From an uncultured Eggerthellaceae bacterium (GTDB taxonomy: Bacteria > Actinomycetota > Coriobacteriia > Coriobacteriales > Eggerthellaceae), in contig CAIFEG010000004.1 of assembly GCA_903789415.1 (NCBI GenBank), positions 1-64,000 on the forward strand: DNA of 64,000 nucleotides, read 5' to 3'. A model generated the notes under the pieces. It was not told the origin of the DNA. It did no database searches and worked only from the letters and a program-made list of their open reading frames with translations. Position numbers and translations under genes: made by a program. The first letter of the stretch is position 1; every line of letters starts with the position of its first letter. Shown piece after piece: positions 48,479-57,279 of this stretch.

Positions 48479-49645
48479 CTATTCCTGCGTGTGATCGAGC
48501 ATCTGCGAGAGTTGATCATCAGAAATTTGGTAGTCATACACGTCTTGATAGAAGGTGGTTACTTCTGCTTTCATGTCCATATCTTGGAATAAATCAGGAT
48601 GCATGATCTTAGAGAGCCACTTAATCATGAGAGGTGATTCCACTGATGGGGGATCCCAGCGATATGCGCCGATAGGAATCTTATACACATGGTTGTGCTG
48701 TACGGCGGCAACGCCTGACCAGTCTTCTCCCGAAAGCGTGTTATTCATTAGGTCTGAAGGCATAATGTCGGTGAAGTTGCCGATGAATATATATTCTGGG
48801 TTCCAGGTAAGAATTTGCTCCATATCCACTTTTGCGCTTTGCTGCTGAAGTGTTGCGGCCGGGTCGTCCGACCCACTTGTACTCAGCAAATATGGAGTGA
48901 ACCCTGAGCCGTCTACGGTAAGGTCATCAGCCAAGTGGATTGCAACTGGTTTATCCGCATCAGAAAGTCCTGATAGCCTGTCCGTCACCTCAGCAACCTG
49001 AGTGTCGTAATATGAAGAAAGGAAATCTGCACGATCTTGTCTTTGAGTCATTGTGCCAATGATGCTCAGCCAGGTCTTTAAATCATCGACGGTACCGTAT
49101 TGCAGCGCGATTACTTTCAGCCCGGCGTCTTCCATCGACTGAATACTTTCAGGTTGTGTTGTCCATTGGAATACCACATCAGGCTGCAGTGCAAGCAATT
49201 GTTCGACATTTACGGTAAAGTTGCGCGCCGTCCAGTCTGTATTAATATTTGCCATCTCAGGATACATATCCTTCAACGTGCTTTTTTCGTAGGCAGGCAT
49301 CGATGCGGGGTTGCACCCAACCAGCGTGTCGGTATTGCCCATAAAAGCAAAATAGATTGATGGGAACGGAATAATGGTTGTGCAGACGCGTTGAGGCACA
49401 CTGTCAAATGTGATGGTCTTACCCAACTGGTCCGTTACTTCAATTGAAGCTGTCGAAGTGGACCCCTGGTCATTGCTTTGCGAACCTGAATTAGAGCCCG
49501 AACTCGAATCAGAGTTTCCCGATGAACAGCCAGCCATTCCAAGTAAGCCGGAGGCAGCAAGCAATCCGGCTCCCATAACAAAATGCCGACGGTCAATTAA
49601 TCTATTTCGCTTGAGCGAATAGCTGTTATTCTCTTTGCCTGCCAT
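48479..49645 (-). CDS. ABC transporter periplasmic-type substrate-binding lipoprotein (FecB/BtuF class).
   Basis: RR-containing signal plus lipobox (LGMAGC). Class III SBP fold sequence. Confidence 0.75.
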   Translation of the reverse strand: MAGKENNSYSLKRNRLIDRRHFVMGAGLLAASGLLGMAGCSSGNSDSSSGSNSGSQSNDQGSTSTASIEVTDQLGKTITFDSVPQRVCTTIIPFPSIYFAFMGNTDTLVGCNPASMPAYEKSTLKDMYPEMANINTDWTARNFTVNVEQLLALQPDVVFQWTTQPESIQSMEDAGLKVIALQYGTVDDLKTWLSIIGTMTQRQDRADFLSSYYDTQVAEVTDRLSGLSDADKPVAIHLADDLTVDGSGFTPYLLSTSGSDDPAATLQQQSAKVDMEQILTWNPEYIFIGNFTDIMPSDLMNNTLSGEDWSGVAAVQHNHVYKIPIGAYRWDPPSVESPLMIKWLSKIMHPDLFQDMDMKAEVTTFYQDVYDYQISDDQLSQMLDHTQE

Positions 49646-49674
49646 AAGAGTCCTTTCAATTATTGATGGAGAAA

Positions 49675-49727
49675 GTTAGGTAAACCTAACATGTTTTATA
49701 AGCTCAAAATAGTTAGGGTTACCTAAC
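49675..49727. promoter_or_regulatory. Two palindromic operator-like sites (GTTAGGTAAACCTAAC and GTTAGGGTTACCTAAC, 37 bp apart) in the promoter of the SBP/nif-like operon. Their half-sites resemble a DtxR/IdeR iron box.
   Basis: Perfect 7-2-7 and near-perfect inverted repeats read directly. TTAGGT..ACCTAA half-sites are shared with the iron-box consensus TTAGGTTAGCCTAACCTAA. Confidence 0.45.
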
Positions 49728-50200
49728 ATGTCAAGAAAAAAATGAGTTTTAACGAATTGTTAAAAAAGCGGATTTAATCAGGCTATACACGAATTTCAAA
49801 ACGGACAGTGTTCATTTAAATGGGTGTCATTATTAGATGCAAACGCTGATGTTCAACAATGGTTGGATGTTATTGGAATGCAGCTCTAGCAAAACTGAGT
49901 CAATTCTGATGGAGCAGAGAACAGTGAAGACGATGCGTTTAGGCCCATCGCCGCATTTAAGAATCCGTTAGCTATATATTCTTTCAAATATTAAAAAATT
50001 AAGGCTAAATATTAAATATTTTGGTCAAATAATAACTTTGTTCGATGGAGTATTGGCGAACCTGCTCCGGGGAATGCCGCTGAGTTTTGGCGGAATTCTG
50101 CTGAATTTTCATTTCACATACCGAAGTAGCGAAGAAATTTTTGTTGCTATATACTTATTCAGCGCTACCTAAAAACATAACGTAGCATTTTTATTCGGTT

Positions 50201-50291
50201 GGAGAGATGTCCGAGTGGCCGAAGGAGCACGATTGGAAATCGTGTATACGCCAAAAGCGTATCTGGGGTTCAAATCCCCATCTCTCCGCCA
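50201..50291 (+). tRNA. tRNA-Ser (anticodon GGA), CCA encoded.
   Basis: Cloverleaf with a long variable arm. Anticodon loop TGGAAAT. T-loop GGTTCAAATCC. Confidence 0.85.
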
Positions 50292-50333
50292 GTTCACATA
50301 TTTACCGGTGAATTTCGCAACCGGTCCATCCGT

Positions 50334-50426
50334 GGAGGGGTGGCAGAGCGGTTGAATGCGGCGGTCTCGAAAACCGTTTTACCCCATATTCGGGTAACGA
50401 GGGTTCGAATCCCTCCTCCTCCGCCA
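50334..50426 (+). tRNA. tRNA-Ser (anticodon CGA), CCA encoded.
   Basis: Cloverleaf with a long variable arm. Anticodon loop CTCGAAA. T-loop GGTTCGAATCC. Confidence 0.85.
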
Positions 50427-50468
50427 TTTTTTGATTCAAAATTTTTTGGTCGAAAATTGATCCAAAAA

Positions 50469-50532
50469 GGCAATCCTGTAAAAAGGTAATCCTATAAAAA
50501 GATAATCCTGTAAAAAGGCAATCCTGTAAATG
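50469..50532. repeat. Four tandem 16-bp repeats (GGCAATCCTGTAAAAA-like) immediately 3' of the tRNA-Ser pair.
   Basis: Period 16, copies at 50469, 50485, 50501 and 50517. Confidence 0.8.
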
Positions 50533-50553
50533 AAAAATTGCTTGTGTTTACGC

Positions 50554-51189
50554 TCAATGGAAAACGGCACTTTTGGGGCCGCTCACGTGGATCAATTTCC
50601 CGCCATGCAGTAACTCTGTTGCCTTTTTGATCAGGGAATCTTGCGTCCCATCGATCATGCGTAGGCGTACACGTACCGAATCGGTATACGTCGTATCAAG
50701 AATTTGAGCCGAGCAATCTTTTGCGAGCCGAACAAACGAATCGTAGAGGGAATACGGAAGGGTTATCTCGATGTCGACACAGCGGGACACGGTAACTATT
50801 TGGGCTTTTTCGATCGCAGCTTGCGTTGCATGCGTGTATGCGCGCACCAAGCCACCTGTGCCAAGGAGAACCCCTCCAAAGTAACGGGTCACCACGCATA
50901 TCACGTTTGCAAGTTCCGCATGCTCGAGCGTTTCCAACGTGGGCATGCCAGCAGTTTTTTGTGGTTCGCCATCATCGGAATACCGCTTACGGGGGACATT
51001 ACTTTGCTCGTCGCGCAGAATATAGGCGTATACGTTGTGTTTCGCCATACGATTTTCGCTGCGAATTTTCTCTAAGAATTCGAGCGCCTCATCTTCGGTG
51101 TCCACGTGGCATACATTCCCGATGAACCGGCTTTTCTTCACTTCGATTTCGGCAGTTGAGGTGCCTTGTATGGTTTTATATGAGTTCAT
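50554..51189 (-). CDS. yigZ: IMPACT/YigZ family protein (UPF0029).
   Basis: 211 aa. N-terminal region matches the YigZ family (EIEVKKSRFIG..HNVYAYIL). Confidence 0.75.
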   Translation of the reverse strand: MNSYKTIQGTSTAEIEVKKSRFIGNVCHVDTEDEALEFLEKIRSENRMAKHNVYAYILRDEQSNVPRKRYSDDGEPQKTAGMPTLETLEHAELANVICVVTRYFGGVLLGTGGLVRAYTHATQAAIEKAQIVTVSRCVDIEITLPYSLYDSFVRLAKDCSAQILDTTYTDSVRVRLRMIDGTQDSLIKKATELLHGGKLIHVSGPKSAVFH

Positions 51190-51251
51190 GTGCTCACTAT
51201 ACCATGCGCGGTTTTGAGAGAAATGCGGTTTTCTAGTTAGAGTTTTCTCAG

Positions 51252-53132
51252 GTGCCTTTGTGGCAATCCGATAACGGTAAAATTTTTTTACTGATACTCT
51301 GGCGAATCGGAGAACCCGTGGAAAGTCTTCAACTCATAAATGCCGGGTGGTTGTCGTTGGTGCCGCCACTTTTGGCACTTGCTTTAGCACTCGGTACCAA
51401 AGAAGTGTATTCATCTTTGCTGGTCGGTGTGTTTTCCGGAACGATCATCTATGAGTTCATGCTGAATGGTGTGGGCTGGGATCAATTCGTTCAGGCATTT
51501 GCCCTGTTGCCACAAATTATGGCCGATCAAATTGGGAACAATGCCGCCCTGCTTCTGTTCTTGGCTTTGCTTGGCGCACTGGTCATGGTTATTGCTTCTG
51601 CAGGCGGTTCGCGCGCATATGGCGAATGGGTGGCAAAGCATATTAAGAGCCGGCGTACCGCACTTCTGCTCACGTCGCTTTTGGGCATCATCATTTTCGT
51701 TGACGACTATTTCAACTGCCTTACCGTGGGTGCGGTTATGCGCCCGGTCACTGATCGTTTTCATATTTCGCACGAAAAACTTGCCTGGGTTATCGACTCT
51801 ACGGCCGCGCCTGTATGCATTATTGCGCCGGTAAGCAGCTGGGCGGTTGCCGTTGGCGGATACATTGGCGACGGCGGATTTTCTACGTTCGTCCAGTCGA
51901 TTCCGTATAACCTGTATGCACTTCTCACGGTTTTCTTTGTCTTCTATGTATGTGCGCTCAACAGGGATTATGGTCCCATGTACAAGGCGCAAGTTGAATA
52001 TGAAAAGGGACGCATTCTTGACCAGGTAGAAAAGAACGCCGCGGAATCGGCGGCAGCTGCAGTTGGCGGACATTCTCGTGTGGCGTTCGATCCCCGTGCA
52101 GAAGTTGCACAGCATGCCGTGGATGCAAAAATGAATGCTGCAAAGAGCATGTATGCAGATCGTAATGCGGCTGAAGAAGAGCTTGCGCAATCTTTAGATG
52201 AGTCTTCGCCTTCCGCAACGGAATTCGATAAGTCTCATCGCCTTAAACATATGCTCAAAGATGAGGCAGATCTTCAAGCTGCGGCAAATGACACTGTTGA
52301 CCAGTATCATAGCCTCGAAAAAACCGACAAGGGAACCATCTGGGATCTGCTCATTCCCATTTTGGTCCTGATCTTCGCAAGCATCTGGGGCATGCTGTAT
52401 GTCGGTGACTTCTTCAGCGGAAACGTCGATTTTGGAACTGCGGTTGGCACCGATTCTATTACCGGATTATGTATCGGTGCGTGCGTGGCTATGGCGGTAA
52501 CCGTGCTGATGTTTTTGCCGCGTAAGCTTCTGACGCTTAAGCAATATGTCGAAGGCGTATCCGATGGTGCACGCAGCATGGTGGGTGCCATCATGATATT
52601 GGTTTTGGCCTGGAGCCTCGGCGGCGTTTGCCGCTACATGCTTGGTACGGGTGTGTTCGTGAGCACGTCGCTCGAAAGCGCAGGAGTTGCCGTGGTGTGG
52701 CTTCCGCTGGTTATCTTCTTGGTTGCCGCATTCATCAGTTTTGCAATGGGCACCAGCTGGGGCACGATCGCGTTGATGCTCCCCATGGTGTTAGGAATTT
52801 TTGCACCAGATAATTCCCTGTATTTAGTGGCAATTGGCGCAACACTTGCCGGCGCGGTGTATGGCGATCATGTTTCTCCTATTTCTGATACCACTATCCT
52901 TAGTTCTACCGGTGCGTCGTGCAACCATTTGCGCCACGTGTCCACGCAGCTGCCCTATGCCACAACGGTCATGATTGTGTGTGCTATCTGCTATGTCTTG
53001 CTTTCGTTTACCGACAATCCGTGGATTTCGCTTGCGGTAGGCGCAGCGATCCTGGCTGTTATTGTCCCGGTGCTTATGAGAAGAACCGCAAAGCAAAATG
53101 GAGCAGAGGGGACCGTGGCCAAAAACGCTTAA
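51252..53132 (+). CDS. NhaC-family Na+/H+ antiporter with a central hydrophilic insertion. Start uncertain.
   Basis: About 12 TM helices. NhaC-like conserved segments. The first ~20 aa of the ORF-track start may be noncoding. Confidence 0.7.
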   Translation: MPLWQSDNGKIFLLILWRIGEPVESLQLINAGWLSLVPPLLALALALGTKEVYSSLLVGVFSGTIIYEFMLNGVGWDQFVQAFALLPQIMADQIGNNAALLLFLALLGALVMVIASAGGSRAYGEWVAKHIKSRRTALLLTSLLGIIIFVDDYFNCLTVGAVMRPVTDRFHISHEKLAWVIDSTAAPVCIIAPVSSWAVAVGGYIGDGGFSTFVQSIPYNLYALLTVFFVFYVCALNRDYGPMYKAQVEYEKGRILDQVEKNAAESAAAAVGGHSRVAFDPRAEVAQHAVDAKMNAAKSMYADRNAAEEELAQSLDESSPSATEFDKSHRLKHMLKDEADLQAAANDTVDQYHSLEKTDKGTIWDLLIPILVLIFASIWGMLYVGDFFSGNVDFGTAVGTDSITGLCIGACVAMAVTVLMFLPRKLLTLKQYVEGVSDGARSMVGAIMILVLAWSLGGVCRYMLGTGVFVSTSLESAGVAVVWLPLVIFLVAAFISFAMGTSWGTIALMLPMVLGIFAPDNSLYLVAIGATLAGAVYGDHVSPISDTTILSSTGASCNHLRHVSTQLPYATTVMIVCAICYVLLSFTDNPWISLAVGAAILAVIVPVLMRRTAKQNGAEGTVAKNA

Positions 53133-53270
53133 AATGGTGGCATACCATGGCGACTCCAAGCGGATGCGTAAAACGCCCAATAAGCGGGTGCGTAAAACGC
53201 TTAATAATAAGAATACTGAGCTGATTTTTCCGTCTATGCCGCTGAAAAGGATGTTTCGTTTTTACAGATA

Positions 53271-53591
53271 TTGATAGAGGTTGCTGAGAGCTTCATGATT
53301 CGCAAGAAATTACATGGACATACTGCGTTAAAAGAATTCGGGAACTTCTTTTTGCTTGTTGTCTCAATTACACTCTTTGCTCCCAAGACGGCTTTGGCTG
53401 CTACAGTCATGACTTCCGGCCAGGGATATGGGACTTTAGCGCAAACACGAGACGCGCTTAATATACTTCCCATTGTTCTTATCGCTATCGCCGCGTGTAT
53501 TGTCGTTGTCGTTGCTGCCGTTCGATCCCGTAAGAAAAAGGAGAACTTCGATAATCAGGGAATGCCGAGACACCCCAAACATCAAAAATAA
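53271..53591 (+). CDS. Small hypothetical exported/membrane-anchored protein (signal peptide plus C-terminal TM and basic tail).
   Basis: ORF only. ALAATV cleavage-like site. Hydrophobic C-terminus followed by RSRKKKE. Confidence 0.3.
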   Translation: MIEVAESFMIRKKLHGHTALKEFGNFFLLVVSITLFAPKTALAATVMTSGQGYGTLAQTRDALNILPIVLIAIAACIVVVVAAVRSRKKKENFDNQGMPRHPKHQK

Positions 53592-53948
53592 TGGGACACA
53601 TGCCAAAACCTGGCGAAATTTCAACAGTTAATGCCAATACGTGGTGAAGCTTTCGATAGGTAACGCAAAAGCGTGATGGAGATTTCCGCAGTTACTGCCA
53701 AAATGCAGCGAAATTTTCGTCAGGTAACTCCAAAACACGGTGAAACATTTGGCTTTTTTGCAGCGCAGTCTGAAGATCTTTCCCCTTTTATCGTAGGGTT
53801 TCAGTTTTTACAGAATTGATAGCCTCAATACAGGCAATAAGGTTCATACTATACAAGGCTCTTCTTTTCGGATTTGAAGTGCCGTGGAGCGATGTTGAAG
53901 TAAGCATCGCGTGTATGCTCTGCGGAGCAAGAAAGATAGGTTGTTGTA

Positions 53949-54152
53949 ATGGCAAAAGGTACAGTGAAATGGTTCAGCAACGAAAAGGGCTATGGCTTTA
54001 TCTCAAGCGAAACTGGTGAAGACTTGTTCGTTCACTATTCCGCAATTCAGGGTGACGGCTATAAGACTCTCGACGATGGTGCCAAGGTAGAGTTCGACGT
54101 TGTGCCGGGCAAAAATGGAAAAATGCAGGCAGACAACGTTCGTGTTCTCTAA
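53949..54152 (+). CDS. cspA: Cold-shock protein (CspA family).
   Basis: RNP1/RNP2 motifs KGYGFI and VHYSAI. 67 aa. Confidence 0.9.
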   Translation: MAKGTVKWFSNEKGYGFISSETGEDLFVHYSAIQGDGYKTLDDGAKVEFDVVPGKNGKMQADNVRVL

Positions 54153-54184
54153 TCGTTGTTCTATCACTGTTTAGCTGCATTGAA

Positions 54185-54209
54185 GGGTCGCATGGAGCGG
54201 CCCTTTTTG
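54185..54209 (+). terminator. Rho-independent terminator after the csp gene.
   Basis: GGGTCGC-ATGGA-GCGGCCC followed by TTTTTG. Confidence 0.6.
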
Positions 54210-54421
54210 TGTATTCAGACAACATATATCTCTCAGGGTTTATCATTACTAAAACTGATAAAGGCATGCGTACAAACAACGACATGCTCACAAACAAAGA
54301 AATGCAAAATATATAAAAGGAAATGCATACAAAAGGAATACACACAAACGCTGCCTAAAAGGCACGGTTTGTTTCGAAACGCTATGTAAAAAAGAGCGAA
54401 AGCTTAGGTGGAAGGATACAT

Positions 54422-55075
54422 ATGCCAGATCGCAAGGTTGAAACAAAAGCTGACAAGATCCCCGACATTGATGAGACACTTCGGGCAGTACTTCTTGCGG
54501 CTTTAAATGAAGCTCGTGAGCGGATGGAAAACGGGGAGCCGGTTGTTCCGTTTACTGCGTTGGCGGTTAAAGACAATTTGTTCCTTGAGTCAGTAAACGA
54601 GGAAACGCCAGAGCGCTGCTTCGCAAAAGCGCGTCATACGGTGCAGAACGCTCGCGGTGCATCTGCATATGCGCTTTGCTACGATGGCTACATCGATACG
54701 GATGCCGGCACGCAGGATGCGCTTATCTCCGAAGGCGGAATGCCTGGTCAAGATACGGGCTATGCGATTGCATATCCCTATACCGAAGATGATTCGAGCG
54801 AAGACGCAGTTCCGAAAATTGAAAAAGACCCCGTTTATATCGGCAAGGCTCCCAATTATATGATTGCGGCAACCCCGTATTCCGAAGAGGAACTTGCACA
54901 GATTGGCAATGAAGAAGAGCCTGAAGAGGAAACGGAAGAAGTCGAAGTTTCCGAAACGTTTGAAGAGACGGTTGAAGAGACAGCTGATCCGGACACTGCA
55001 GATAATGCTGAAGATTCAGATGCAACCTCAGAAAAAGATTCAGATGTGGATAAGGGAAATTCTGCAGCCGAATAA
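54422..55075 (+). CDS. Hypothetical acidic protein (E/D/T-rich C-terminus).
   Basis: ORF with a GGTGGAAGGA SD-like sequence. No motif recognised. Confidence 0.45.
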   Translation: MPDRKVETKADKIPDIDETLRAVLLAALNEARERMENGEPVVPFTALAVKDNLFLESVNEETPERCFAKARHTVQNARGASAYALCYDGYIDTDAGTQDALISEGGMPGQDTGYAIAYPYTEDDSSEDAVPKIEKDPVYIGKAPNYMIAATPYSEEELAQIGNEEEPEEETEEVEVSETFEETVEETADPDTADNAEDSDATSEKDSDVDKGNSAAE

Positions 55076-55325
55076 ATTCTGCGCGGGAGCGCCGTTTCAC
55101 GTTGTAAGCTCCCTCGCGTAAGTTTTCTGCAGCATATCTGTACAAGTTTTGTAAGACGATTTTTGCCACAATAGTCGTATGGATTTTCGCAATCTGTATG
55201 GCTGTTGTGGCATTGTGTTTTTATCCTTGCCAACGCGATTCAAGGTTTGTTACACTACGAGGGCTGTTTCCTGCTTCGGGTATATGCCTAAATCCCGAAG
55301 CCATAAGTCCGGAGGAGGTGAGCTG

Positions 55326-55619
55326 ATGAAGGCATATGAATTGCTATATTTTGTAGACCCATCTATTGATGAGGATACTCGCGCAACCGTCACCAAGCGT
55401 ATCAACGATACTATTGCTCAGGCAAAGGGCAAAGTCGACAACGTTGAAGAGTGGGGCAAACGCAAACTCGCATTTGAGGTTGATGGCCTGACTGAGGGCG
55501 ATTATACTCTCGTTGATTTCCATGCAGATCCCGCGGATATCGCTGAGCTCGATCGTATTCTTCGCATTACCGATGCGGTAAAGCGTCACATGATTGTCAA
55601 TCGTACTGATCGTGATTAG
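55326..55619 (+). CDS. rpsF: 30S ribosomal protein S6.
   Basis: MKAYELLYFVDPS is a typical S6 N-terminus. GGAGGAGG SD before ATG 55326. Confidence 0.9.
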   Translation: MKAYELLYFVDPSIDEDTRATVTKRINDTIAQAKGKVDNVEEWGKRKLAFEVDGLTEGDYTLVDFHADPADIAELDRILRITDAVKRHMIVNRTDRD

Positions 55620-55671
55620 TAGTTGTAAAGGGAATGCGGATTCATTCCGCGCTGCATAAAAGGGAAAGACC

Positions 55672-56178
55672 ATGAGCATTAATCGAGTTGTTATTACAGG
55701 AAACTTAACCAGAGACCCAGAACTTCGTACGACTGCTTCGGGAACGAGCGTTCTAAGCATCGGAGTGGCTGTAAACGATCGTCGTCGTAACCCACAGACA
55801 GGCAACTGGGAAGATTATCCGAATTACGTGGATTGCACCATATTCGGAAAACGTGCAGAGAGCCTTTCTAATATCTTGCATAAAGGATCAAAAGTGGCCA
55901 TTGCCGGTCGCCTTCGTTGGTCTAGTTGGAAAGCAAAGGACGGCTCCAACCGCAGCAAACTTGAAGTTATTGCTGACGACGTCGACTTTATGTCGAGCCG
56001 CAATAATGGCGGCGGGTATGCAAACAACGGTGGCAGCAATTATGGCGGAAACACCCAATATGGTGGTGGATATCAGCAGAATAATGCTGCGCAACCTGCA
56101 CAACCTTCGGTGCCTATGCAAAATTCGCCTGCACCTGCTGATGATGATTCTGCTTATGGAGATGAGATTCCCTTCTAG
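55672..56178 (+). CDS. ssb: Single-stranded DNA-binding protein.
   Basis: OB-fold N-terminus. G/N/Q-rich linker. Acidic tail ending DEIPF. Confidence 0.9.
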   Translation: MSINRVVITGNLTRDPELRTTASGTSVLSIGVAVNDRRRNPQTGNWEDYPNYVDCTIFGKRAESLSNILHKGSKVAIAGRLRWSSWKAKDGSNRSKLEVIADDVDFMSSRNNGGGYANNGGSNYGGNTQYGGGYQQNNAAQPAQPSVPMQNSPAPADDDSAYGDEIPF

Positions 56179-56200
56179 GAAATCGAAAGGAGTTTAAAAA

Positions 56201-56467
56201 ATGCCAGCAGTTGTAAAACAACCGCATCGTAAGTATTGCCAGTTCTGCAAGAACGATACGAAATATATTGATTATAAAGACACACAGATGCTGCGTAAAT
56301 TTGTCACTGATCGTGGCAAAATCAAGCCTCGTCGTGTAACAGGTTGCTGCACACAGCACCAACGCATGGTGGCTCAGGCTGTCAAACGTGCACGTGAGAT
56401 GGCTTTGATGCCGTATGCCGTGTCTACCGTAAGCAACCGTGGCGATCGTCGTCACAAGCGCGGTTAG
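56201..56467 (+). CDS. rpsR: 30S ribosomal protein S18.
   Basis: Matches the S18 family over [23 protein letters not shown]. Confidence 0.9.
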   Translation: MPAVVKQPHRKYCQFCKNDTKYIDYKDTQMLRKFVTDRGKIKPRRVTGCCTQHQRMVAQAVKRAREMALMPYAVSTVSNRGDRRHKRG

Positions 56468-56484
56468 GCAAGGAGGCTTAGATT

Positions 56485-57066
56485 ATGAAGGTTATTCTTC
56501 TTCAAGAACTGAAGGGGAAAGGTATTGAGGGCGACATCATCGATGCAGCTGATGGTTTCGCAAATAACTATCTCCTTCCTCGTAAGATCGCGGTTAAGGC
56601 TACCAAGGGCAACTTAAAGCAGCTTGATATGCGCCGCGACAACATCGCAAAGCGCGAAAAAGAGCGCGTTGCTGCTGCTAACCAGCTTAAAGAGCAATTG
56701 GACGGTCAAGAGATCCATATTGATGCACGCGTCGGAGAGGCCGGCCAGCTATTTGGCTCTGTCGCTCCTGCGATGATCGCTTCTGCTCTGAAAGATCAAA
56801 AGGGCATCGAGGTTGATCGCAGACTCATCGATCTCAACGCTCCAATCCGTGTAGCTGGTATTCACCAGGCAACGATTACCTTGCATCATGACATCAAGGC
56901 TACCATCAAGGTTACCGTTGGTGATCCTGAAGCAATCAAAGCTGCTCAAGAAGCTCAAGAAGCTGAAAAGTCGAATGAAGAGGCAGCAAATACTGATGAA
57001 GCTGCTGCTGAAACTGAGGCTGCGGAAAAGGCAGTTAAGGACATCGAAAATCAGGAGAATGAATAA
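56485..57066 (+). CDS. rplI: 50S ribosomal protein L9 with an acidic A/E-rich C-terminal extension.
   Basis: MKVILLQELKGKG N-terminus. 193 aa against about 150 aa for a typical L9. Confidence 0.9.
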   Translation: MKVILLQELKGKGIEGDIIDAADGFANNYLLPRKIAVKATKGNLKQLDMRRDNIAKREKERVAAANQLKEQLDGQEIHIDARVGEAGQLFGSVAPAMIASALKDQKGIEVDRRLIDLNAPIRVAGIHQATITLHHDIKATIKVTVGDPEAIKAAQEAQEAEKSNEEAANTDEAAAETEAAEKAVKDIENQENE

Positions 57067-57096
57067 ACTCATTTCCTGATAGCGCTGTTTTTTTGA

Positions 57097-57134
57097 GTGT
57101 CACATCGGTTCTTCGGTGTGACACTTTCTTTTTT
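57097..57134 (+). terminator. Rho-independent terminator after rplI.
   Basis: GTGTCACA-loop-TGTGACAC followed by TTTCTTTTTT. Confidence 0.6.
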
Positions 57135-57279
57135 ATATGCCCGCTTTACATTTCGAGATGTTTTCGATGAGTTTTCGAACACTTCTTTAGATGCTCTGCA
57201 GGCGTTACTATTGAAATACGCATCTATGAGTTTTGCCGTGGTGCGTTCCTTTATATAAGTGTTGCTTGGAGGATTTTGA

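Noticed and set aside
50199-50489. 96-aa ORF on the plus strand across the tRNA region.
   Set aside because: The sequence folds as two tRNA-Ser cloverleaves with CCA ends. The ORF is an artefact of reading through the tRNA genes.
49646-53200. Prophage or integrative element at the tRNA-Ser pair.
   Set aside because: No integrase, excisionase or phage structural genes lie on either side (yigZ, nhaC and csp follow). Only the short 16-bp repeat array hints at a scar.
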